From the human T2T-CHM13v2.0 reference genome, Homo sapiens, in the NCBI RefSeq assembly GCF_009914755.1, contig NC_060941.1: a DNA stretch of 64,000 nt. One strand, 5' to 3'. Under the pieces are notes generated by a model that saw only the letters and a program-made list of their open reading frames with translations, searched no databases and was not told the DNA's origin. Positions 53,690 to 64,000 of the stretch are shown here, piece after piece (the first letter of the stretch is position 1; the number at the start of each line of letters is the position of its first letter). The position numbers were made by a program, and so were the translations under genes.

Positions 53690-53886
53690 CAGGAAGGGGA
53701 ACATCACACACCGGGGCCTGTTGTGGGGTTGGGGGAGGGGGGAGGGATAGCATTAGGAGATATACCAAATGTTAAATGACGAGTTAATGGGTGCAGCACA
53801 CCAACATGGCACATGTATACATATGTAACAAACCTGCACGTTGTGCACATGTACCCTAAAACTTAAAGCATAATAAAAAAATAAAA
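53690..53886 (+). mobile_element. 5'-truncated L1PA (PA3/PA4-like) 3'UTR with A tail
   Basis: G-rich tract, gggatagcattaggagatatacc, gtaccctaaaacttaaag; 14-bp TSD taaaat(g/a)cataata. Confidence 0.96.
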
Positions 53887-54759
53887 TAAAATACATAATA
53901 ATCACTTCCTTCATAGGTCGCCTAGACCAAGCCTGTTGCAATGTGGGTGGGAACTACACAAGGAGGAAGAACCATGTGTTGGAGTGTAACGACCGCAGGC
54001 TGCATGCTGGGAGCTGGCCTGGAAGTCCAGAGAGGGCACCCAGTCCTGATCCCAGCCTCTGATCATCATCCTCTTGAACACAAATATCTATTTGCCCCTC
54101 TGATGTGCAGGAACAGTGCAAGAGATGAGTGTCATCCTGGCCTCTTTTTGATTTTTTTGGAGAAGGGCTAATAGAAAATGTCCTCTTGGCTATCAGTCCT
54201 GAGCTCCTCAATAACGCCTGAACTCTGTAGAAATTTGGAAATTGAAACCTAAGAGTAAGCTCTAGAAACAGATACCTCCAGGATGTGAGCTTATTTTTGA
54301 TAGCCATGGCGTTTGAAGCCAATGGAAGTGCGGGCGAAGGAGAGACTGAGAAATGCTGCCCACGTGGGCTCTGAAAAAGGCTAAGGTTGGTGGAGTCCCA
54401 GCCCCTGCATGATGTGGCAGGGGGCAAGGCCAAACTTGCCATCAGCTGGAGCTGACTTCCTGAGGGAGGCAGCAGGTGCAGTGGGCTGGGGCACCATGAG
54501 CACTAAGCTCCATCAGATCTGGGTGGGTTCCTTTCCTGCTTCCATTTGCCGTGTGGCCTCCACCAGCTGTTCTCTCCCTGGGGCCTCAGTTTACCCATCC
54601 ATAAAATGAATTGGTTGGACTGATACACTACTTATGAGGCTTTTAAAAAACAATAGCACCTTCATTTTCCAAATTACACCTTACAACAAATAAAGTGAAT
54701 ACAATGTTACTGCCTCATTACAATATATGAGATAATATTATGAAAGCTAATATGCAAGA

Positions 54760-55260
<501 letters not shown>

Positions 55261-55479
55261 GAGGCCATAAGGCCTTGCTCTTGGCCCTTCCGTTATACAA
55301 ATAGAAGCAGAGCGGCTCTGGTGGAAGTGAGGGAGGAATGCTGGAAGCCGCCCAGCTTGTTACCCTTCTCCTTTCCTCTCTTTCCACTGAGCACCCCCTT
55401 AAACACAGTTGGCCTCGGGCTTGTGGGGCAGCTTTTGAGCTCTGACATTTGACGAGCTATGACCCCCGTATTTCTCTAC

Positions 55480-55640
55480 CTAGGCTTTGCAAACACATGC
55501 ACCTGAACCATCTGGGATGCTTTATTCAAATCTGGATTTCTATGCCACTTTCCAGGTTCATGGGATCAGACTCTCTGGGTAGAGTCCAGGAGTCTCCATG
55601 TTAATCAGCGCACAAGTGGGTCTCGGCTCACTGTCATGGA
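55480..55640. mobile_element. MER5-type relic
   Basis: tctggatttct...gatcagactctctgggtagagtccaggagtctccatgttaa. Confidence 0.55.
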
Positions 55641-56464
55641 AAAACTGCTGCATTTTGAGCAGGTAGGCAGCTTAATCACCACCACTGGGCTTGGAAAGGA
55701 CTGGATTTAGCACTTTCCTTAGGGAGGAGGAGGAGGCCTCCTTAAGGAAGGTCTTTTTAAGGAGAGTGGGAATAATCTCTGTGCCCAGGCACTGCTAGAC
55801 CGTCTGTCAAACTTGACCTCACTTCAGGCCACCCACGCAGGTTGCTGTAACCGAGAGTGAGCCAGGAACTTCAACTGACCAAGAGCAAAGCCTGGGTCGT
55901 GGTCACTGTGACATTCCAGGCCACAGTTAATCAGCACATCTGTGAATGCACCAGGTGATTTCAGAACATTTTTTATGCTTCAGAGAGAAAACAATTTTTA
56001 TGACTGTTCAGTACAGCCCAGGAATCAGAGAAACAAATGCTGTTAAACATTCATGTGTTAATTATTGCCATTCCTTGCTATTCCTACCATCCAAGAGCTG
56101 ATTATGAGCAGAGGGTATCTTTGCAACGAGAATTCTGGCTTATTGTGGCCCCTCCCCAGGGGCCTCTTTGGCTGTTAGATTTGGGGGAGGGTCATTAATA
56201 AATGCATTGTAGTCACAGGGTAATAATCCTGTTGTGATTAGAAGTATAGCTGTTCTACTTGAAGAAACACTGTCCAGGCAGAAAGGAATGAACAAGGATA
56301 CGGGACAGAAAGACAGGGTCAGTGGGGAAGCATGAAAATCACTCGCGAATTCATTCTTGTGTCTGCACCTGCAGAACATACGCTCTTTGGCCAGTGTTTG
56401 TCACAGCTACACCATGCTCTAGCATTTACTCAGAGGAATACCTGGTCCAGTGGTTAACTGGGAG

Positions 56465-56626
56465 GTTGTATTAATTAGTATGCCTAACTATGTCCAACAC
56501 ACGAGGAGCTGGAAGGATAGTTTGGTGAATGGCTACCTGGGATTAATCACCCAGTCCAGTACAGTCGTATTAATTTGGTGCCCAGCAATGTTCAGCACAC
56601 AAGGAGCCTCAGGAGGGACAGTTTGG
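56465..56626 (+). repeat. Diverged direct repeat, ~60-bp unit at ~100-bp period
   Basis: gtattaatt...atgtccaacacacgaggagc...tagtttgg versus gtattaatt...atgttcagcacacaaggagc...cagtttgg. Confidence 0.8.
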
Positions 56627-58740
56627 AGAGAGACCACGAGAGGGCGGCAGTGAGCCCACAGTCTGGCTGATCCCCTTACCCACGGACAGGGCCCCTCTCG
56701 GGGCTATGAAGGGTGGAGGAGCAAGTGAGCGGCCCCAAAGCTTAAAACTTTATTTGCTTCACAGCAAATGTATCCCTGGGCCTCACCTGTGTTCCTGTCT
56801 TGGAGTTCTGAGATAGCAGGGAGTTCTGTTTCTGGGAATCTGCCTCTTCCCCAGGGGGAAATGACAAAGGGTATTTTGAAATTGACATTCAGGCCCTGGG
56901 GTTAAGCCTGTGGAACCAGCAGGCTAGGGGATGCTTGCCTCACCTGCCTGGGTGTGTGGGTGCTGGAATCATGTTGGACTACTTTGGAAAAGCAAAAACT
57001 TCGAAGAGAAGGTGCTGATGTTGGCATTGCTGGCTTATGGCAGCCAGGAGTCTGAATAATAATTATTATTATTATTATTTCATAACAGGCAGGCAGGAAT
57101 TCTACAGACAAGGTTCAATAACCTCAAGGCAGTCTCGTGGCGAACTGGCAGATTAGGTCTCGGGACTTGGGACTCAGGCTGGGCTGGGTCCACGCAGCAC
57201 TTTGCCTCTTGCGGGAGAAGTAGCAAATAAAGGCCTCTGGAGCTGGGTAAGCAGGGGCTCAACACTGTCGTCGGCCAAGGGGTATCTTTTGAAGGATGCA
57301 AATTAGCTGAAATTGAATGAATTATTTGGCTCTGCAGGGGGAGGTGGGAGGTAAAGAGGGCCCCTGGATAATGCGCCTGCCACTCGGGGCCAGCCTTGCT
57401 GACAGTTATTCACTCTGAGTGTGGCACACAGGGACACAAGAGGTACAGCAGCCATGGTGACTGTAGGGCAGGGATGGCCCAGTTCTGATGCGGCCAACGC
57501 CCCCGAAGTCCTGGAGACAGAAGTAGCCACATGACCAAGGAGTCAGTCTCTCCCAGTGGGTACACAGAGCAGGGTGCACAGCCCAGCTGGGGTCCCGTGA
57601 GAGCCTGCTGAGAGTCTGGCAGAGATGGGCAAGGAAGATGTTGGATCCGACTGGCAGAGCTGGAGGGACTGTTGAGAATCTTCTAGTCTACAGTGCGGGT
57701 GGATTTGAGTTCTGGGAGGGGAAGGAATTGCTCAAGTCACGTAACCTGATGGCACTGCTAGGACTGGAGCCCAGCATTCATGCCCCACGGTCATCATCTA
57801 CCCTCAAAGGCCATACCTTGCAAAACCTCATCCCCGCTCCTCAGAACCCTGATGTGGGGCCTCTGAAGACACCTGACAAGAGGGGACCCAGGCTGTTCCT
57901 CTGGGTGTGCATGGCAGGCAGGCCCCTTCCCCCATCACCTGGCACCTAGGCGGGCAGGGAGGCCCTCTGGCAACTGCGGGCAGTGTGGTTCAGCCAGGGC
58001 TAGGGGGCCCTCTGCTGGGCAGCCGCTGCCTGGCCTATGGGATAGCTGAGCAAAGCCAGCTGGCTGGGTGGGTTCCGGGGCTGCATAGAGGAGCATCCTG
58101 TCAGGAAGGGTCAGGGATGGCAAAATTCTGACCCATGGCACTTCTTTGTCAGTCCCCCCACTCCTTCCTGTCATTGCTGTCCCTACCAGGCAGCCTTGTG
58201 CCCTCTGCTCAGTACCCCCTCGTGGGCTCCCCACCAGCCCCCCAAACCTCCAGTCCTATCTGCTCCCCATTCTAGCTCCTGCTAATATGATATTGAATCT
58301 TAAAGGGTCAATGAATTATTTCCCCCGTTCCTGAAGGCCTACATTTGCAGAGCATTCGGACTCCTCTGAGAAACCGAGTCTTCCCTGCAGGAGTGAGCTG
58401 AAGGCCCACCGGCTCCTGCTGTGGGCTGAGGCCCACCTGTGGGGGGCCCTGAGGTGTCTTTGTAGGGGCAGCGGCTTGGCAGTAGTTCTGACCATGGTTG
58501 GAATCCTGCCCCTTTCTAGTTCTTTGACTTTGAGCAACTCACTAAACTTCTCTGACCCTCTGTTTCCTCATCTGTGAAATAGGAACAGTAATTCCCGTCT
58601 CCCAGAATTGCCTTGGGTGCTAAGTGAGAGGACGCAGTAAAGAGTCCCTCACAGGACTCAGTGACTATCAGTTTCTTTCATTGAGATTTTCAGTTTTCTC
58701 ATCTGTGGAATAAGAATTCTTGTCTGCCCTAGATTATAAC

Positions 58741-58775
58741 TTTGAAAATCCAAGTGTTTTGAAAATCCAAGTGTT
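58741..58775 (+). repeat. Perfect 17-bp tandem duplication
   Basis: tttgaaaatccaagtgt x2. Confidence 0.95.
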
Positions 58776-58821
58776 AGTTTTATTTGCGGTGCCATGAATT
58801 CCCACAAGAACAGACACACGA

Positions 58822-58840
58822 GAGCGCCACCTCCAGTGCA
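58822..58840 (-). promoter_or_regulatory. Candidate CTCF site
   Basis: Minus strand ACTGGAGGTGGCGC versus consensus CCASYAGRKGGCRS, core AGGTGGCGC intact, in a locally CpG-retaining patch. Confidence 0.35.
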
Positions 58841-59258
58841 GACACAGACACTGAAGCCGTGTGGCATCGCAATATCCCTGAAAACTGCCTCCCGCTCTGC
58901 ACCGTGCAGTCCTGGGGCTGCCCAGAACAAAGGCCAGGGCAACCCCTGGCTCCCCCTACCCCACCCACCGCAAGCCCAAGAGAGATCAGCACATGATCAA
59001 GCCAGGTTGCAGGAAGGAAAGTGATCTACACAGCAAGTGGGTGACAAGAAGTGTCAGGACACCCATCTTCTGAGCTGGGCCTCAATCTTCTTTTTGCAGA
59101 TTCTTCTGTCTTAAGGAAAAGACCCTTCTCTTTTCTCTTCGTTCTGTGATGAAGGACCCTAGTTCTGAGGTCAAATTCCAGCAATGGACTCACTGTCTTT
59201 GTCATCTTGGTAAAGTACTCAGCCCCTCTGAAACTTTGTTTCTTGATTTCTAAAATGA

Positions 59259-59582
<324 letters not shown>

Positions 59583-60309
59583 AGGATCATAAAACCTCCT
59601 GCAGAGGGTTGCTTAGAGGTTTAAGTAGCATAATGCATTCCTGGCTCCTAGCACAGGGCTTGGCTTCTGGCAGGTTCCCCTTCCCATGTGAACACTGACT
59701 CAGAAAATGACACTTTCCCGTTGTTATAAATAATCTCGAAGACACCCAGTTCTGTGCTCTGTCTCTGTGCTTGGAAAGGCCCTCTGTGCTCACTCTACCA
59801 ACTAGTCATCTACTCACGGCTGATGTAGCTCCAGGGAGGGGAAGCTCACCCTTCACTGGGCTGCAATCTCAGAACAGCTGGGACGGAGGGGAAGTTCCTG
59901 CTCTCATGATGTAAGTGCTGTCTCCATGCAGTTCTCATCCATAGTATAGCCTCAGGAAATTGATCTAATCTTGCTCTAAATCAACTCTTCGGATGACCCC
60001 TGGGCCTTCTTGTCTCTTTCAGTCATACACTCAGGGGTCAGCCTCAACCTTCTCCAGCTCCTCTCAGCTTTGAGCAGGTATCTTTCACTTTCAGGAGCAA
60101 CTCAGCATGCCCCTGGGCCAATGCTGGTGTCCTAGTCTGGCTGGGCTCAGGAGTTTCTCTCACCATCCCCAGGCTCAGCCTCTGAGATTCTGCCCAGTTC
60201 TTGCTAATCCCTGCCTCCAAATTCTTTGCCCTCCAGTCAGAATGTGCTGATATACCGTTGTTGGGTTCCTTATATAGAGACACTGTGCATAGAATCCCCT
60301 TTTTAGCCT

Positions 60310-60450
60310 TCCCAGTACATCGTCAGGGTAAGTATTATTATTCCCATTTCACAGAGGAGGAAATGAAGCCTCTGAGAGATTGGCTGACTTGCCCAAGATT
60401 GCATAGCCAGCAAATTGTGAACCAGAAGTGGGAGCTTGGTCTCTTTGATT
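60310..60450 (-). mobile_element. MIR
   Basis: tattattcccatttcacagaggaggaaatgaag...tgacttgcccaag. Confidence 0.75.
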
Positions 60451-60659
60451 GGAGTTGAGAGAATGAGTTCTCCCCATACAGGTATGATGGAAATGAGAAT
60501 TTATGTAAAACAAGAAAGGTGGTCTTTTACCAGTATTGTTTCTGTATGTTCTGGGTGAAGTGTAGACTCATTCGGAGGTGTGCACTGGGAGGGGGTGTCA
60601 CAGCTTGTTAGGTGTATATGCATATGGCTAACGAGGATGGTGGGGAGGTGCTGGCTTGG

Positions 60660-61050
60660 TGTGGCAGCTTAGCTGAGTTGGGTCATGCTGCTGCTCACGA
60701 GAATGAGGTCCCCAGTTTGAGTCCCTCCACCTCCATCCACTCACCTGCCTCCCAAGTGTTATTTATTTGTTTGTTTATTTAGAGACAGGGTCTCATTATG
60801 TTGCCCAGACTTGCCTTGAACTCTTGTCCTCAAGTGATCCTCCTGCCTCAGCCTCCCAAGTAGTAGAGACTACAGGTGCATATTACAGCGCTGGGCTTCC
60901 TCCCAGATGTATTTAACTTAGTCATAAGTGAGTCCAGCTGAGAGTGTAGACAGTGCCTAGGGAGCCCAGCAGCTCCCTTGGGAATGTGATTCCAGGGCAC
61001 AGGAAAGGCCAAAGGTCCTTGTGACCCTCAAAGTCTATCTTCATTATACC
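60660..61050 (+). mobile_element. Ancient tRNA-headed SINE (MamSINE1-like) split by a FLAM
   Basis: A-box-like ttagctgagttgg, B-box-like agtttgagtccc, and downstream gtcataagtgagtccagctgagagtgtaga. Confidence 0.45.
60759..60897 (-). mobile_element. FLAM_A-like Alu monomer
   Basis: Single arm tagagacagggtctc...cctcccaagtag..gactacagg; TSD cctcccaagtgt / cctcccagatgt. Confidence 0.85.
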
Positions 61051-61829
61051 TACAATATGAATCCCAGTCTCTTCTGTTCCCCCATCACCGATACCTGTGT
61101 CATTCCTGTCTCTGTGCTCTTATTCTTGACGTTCCCTCTACTTGGGCTGCCTTCCCCTCACTGAGTCCTGTAGTCAGCCTCAGTCATGTGCATGGAAGAG
61201 GAGGGCATGCTGGCTGAGTTGTGTGCCTACATGGCTAGACTGCGCAACACTTCCTAGCATTCCCTGCCACCAGGTCTTTCTGAGTAGGGCGGACACGAGA
61301 GAGTCATGTGGGAGGTGTGGAGGGCAGAGTGAAGCAGCCCCTTTGTAGCTCACATATCTTGTCGCTTAGCTGCTGGCTGTTTGTGTGAGGCTACCACTCC
61401 ACCACCCCTTGGAAATATCTACAGCTTCTCTGCCTCCTGGCCAGATGAGTGAGCTTTGTTCTGTGATGAAGGACCCTATCTTCTGCAGGAAACCCTCACC
61501 GTCAAGGTCAGAGCAATAAAACTGACAGGGGTCTTAGTCCAACCTGGTGTAATTCCAGCTCGGGCTCACGGGTTCTGGCTTATCCTTGTTATCCCTCACT
61601 TTATCTCCATCTTCCCCTCCCTACCTCCTGCCTTGCAGACATGGAGATCCAGCATCAAATGCAAATACCTCTGCATTACCTAGACGGACTGACCAGCTCC
61701 CACAATAGCAGAAGGTCAAGTGTCTGTAACAAATCCCTTATTATTTATGTATCTTAGCAGCTTTGCTTTTCTTACTGAGCTTGAATTGTGGTATCAACAT
61801 GGGTGGTGGCTGATGGTGGCCTATGACTC

Positions 61830-62000
61830 CTATCCATCCTTTGGAGCCCAGCTCAAGACTCACCTCCTCCAGGAAGCTTTCCCAGACCCCACTAGTCATC
61901 AGTGGTCACTTCTGACTGAGCTATTACAGCATTTACTGCCTGTCCTGCTTTAGGTTGTAAGTTATCTTTCCACTCGTGGGTATCTTCTTGTCCTAGGTCA
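61830..62000 (+). mobile_element. L2 fragment
   Basis: tccatccttt..gcccagctcaa..cacctcctccaggaagctttccc. Confidence 0.7.
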
Positions 62001-63784
62001 AAATTTCCTGCACTTCACAGATACAAATCTCTAGTCTCTTCCTGAAGATTCTGATTCTGCGAGCCTTCACCTAGAATAACATGGTGACCAAAAAGTGTGA
62101 GGAATTCAGCCCCAAGTAAACTGTGAGCCCTAAGATGACAGGAACCAAGTCCCTGTTTTATGTGTCAGGGACTTCACATATCCAGCAAAAATAGTAGATT
62201 TGAAAGTGGAGGGTACCCAACCAGCCTTTTCTGGAGCAACATCCTGTCTTAGAATTCCCATTAAGTGAGATCTCTCAGACGCTTTTCTTTCTTCTTGCAG
62301 GGCAGCAGAGGATGAAACCCCAAGCAGTCAGGTGCTGGGGACGTCATTCATCCTGATGATCCTGATGGGGTTAATTCTTACTAGTCATGTCTCCCTCACT
62401 CTGATCAAGCCACCCTAGGACTCCTTCTCTTCTATTGCTTTGGAAGGAGGACTGTTCTTTCTGGCTCCAGGAGTCCACCTCCCAATCTCCCAGCATGTCC
62501 CCCGGAGCTGAGTCTGACAGATCCAGGCTCTTCTGCTTTTTCTTTGGGGCTTTCTCTCCACTTGTTTCTCTTATACGTTCTAGCTCAAACCTATGCCCAA
62601 CACAGAGTAGGCACTCACTAAGAATGGGTGCTGGATTGTTCATCATCAGGGCCAGGTTGCCTTTGCTGCCCTCATCAGGCCCTTATACAGCCAGGGCATT
62701 GGTGGTACTCTGGGCAGGCTATGAGACCCTGCTTGCCTAGCGTCTGAGAGATGGAAAGTCCGCCAACCAGACCTGGGCTGCCCACCCCTTCTCCTCCCCT
62801 CCCCAGAAAACCCCAGATTCCCCACTGTAAACAGTTCTGTGACTGTGTCTCCTGGAAAGGCCAGATCTGATGTCCATGCAGGAAGCTTTGTAAGAATTCC
62901 TCATGGTCGAATGCATCTGTTCCCTAATCAAAACACAGGCAGATTCCTCATGCTGGGCCTTAATTTGCTGAACTTGCACATAATTGAGACAGATTATCTC
63001 TATTTTCCAGCTAGTCATTTTATATTTCGGGGGTGATGCTGGGCTGGCTCAGGATGTTTCTGGTCGGAGCCCCCATCTGCTACCTGTGCAGGAGGGCTGG
63101 GCGCCCTGTGTGCCTACTTCCTTCTATGATCTAACAATAGAGAATGCATGTGGATGCCTGGTGCAGGAAGGAAGGAGAAATACTGTTCTTCTTCAGATGT
63201 GTGTGCCAGGGAGGAGGAGATGGACAGTAGGGTGCACTGTCCAGTGGGCAGATCTAAGGAAAGAGAATTTCTTACCTGAGTCTTCAAGGAAAGCCAGAAT
63301 CAGGGCCCTAAACCCATTCAAAGACCAAGCAACAGCTAAAGGCTTTATGTTCCACACTGGACTCTCAGAAGTAGCTGAAACCAAGTGACTCTTACCAGAA
63401 ACCAACTCTGGAGTAGTTGCCTTGCTCGAAGCCTAATCAACTCTGGGCTGAGAAGAAAGGAACACACGTGGTTCCTTTCCCTTCCACATGAGGATTAAAT
63501 GAGATACATCAGGGTGGCAGAGGAGAGTGCTCCAGTGGGTGAAAAATGACCAGGAGTGGGGTGTTGTGTGTCCCACTTTATGGAAATCATACTTGGAAAA
63601 ACTGAATCAAAAACAACAAACTCTGACAAAGAGGGTCATCGTGAACAATGGGAATATCAGGAATATCCCTTTAAAGAGAACCCCCTGACACATGCATGGT
63701 ATCTGTGGGCTTACCAGAGTTGCATTTACACACTCATTTTAGGGACATGTGCCTAAAATGAAGTACATCTGTTAATCAGGGTAC

Positions 63785-63965
63785 AGAGAGGCTGTGTGGT
63801 GAGGGGGAAAGAACTGGATAGGGGGTCATGGAGCCTGGTTCTGCCACTTTCTCACTGAGAGACCTGGAGCAAATCACTGTCCCAATCCAGGCCTCTGACT
63901 CCCATTGGACAGAGGGTAGGACTGGATTAGATGATCTTTAAGGCCACTTTCGCTTTGACATTTTC
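63785..63965 (+). mobile_element. MIR/MIR3
   Basis: tgtggtgagggggaaagaactgga...ggattagatgatctttaagg. Confidence 0.65.
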
Positions 63966-64000
63966 TGTAGGAAGAGGAGGAAGAAGACGGAACTTCATGG

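Noticed and set aside
57080-58200. GC-rich stretch as a CpG-island promoter
   Set aside because: CpGs are scattered and far fewer than GpCs; not island-like
60660-60730. Functional tRNA gene
   Set aside because: Boxes are degenerate and no intact cloverleaf can be formed

Overview
This is primate, very probably human, non-coding genomic DNA, either intergenic or deep intronic. The basis is about 16 Alu/FLAM elements (J, S and Y types), L1PA pieces, THE1, MER4, MER50, MLT, LTR16 and LTR33 LTRs, hAT DNA-transposon relics, and many ancient MIR, L2 and CR1 fragments. I recognise no protein-coding exon, RNA gene or CpG-island promoter. The listed ORFs are repeat-derived or chance; the only real protein homology is to decayed L1 ORF2. 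I cannot demonstrate a novel biological system. The most distinctive signal not explained by repeat families is a set of short (about 20-230 bp) local duplications copied from 0.5-4 kb away, in direct and inverted orientation, some stitched into multi-template patchworks (12.3-14.6 kb, 33.1/35.0 kb, 44.2-48.9 kb, 59.1/61.5 kb). These look like fossil replication template-switching (FoSTeS/MMBIR-type) scars. Other oddities are an L1/half-Alu chimera inside one apparent target-site duplication (TSD), an ~800 bp unique insert with a polyA signal splitting an old L1, and a few candidate regulatory and splice motifs. Repeat subfamily names are from memory of consensus sequences. Identities are hand-counted, and boundaries of old repeats are approximate.
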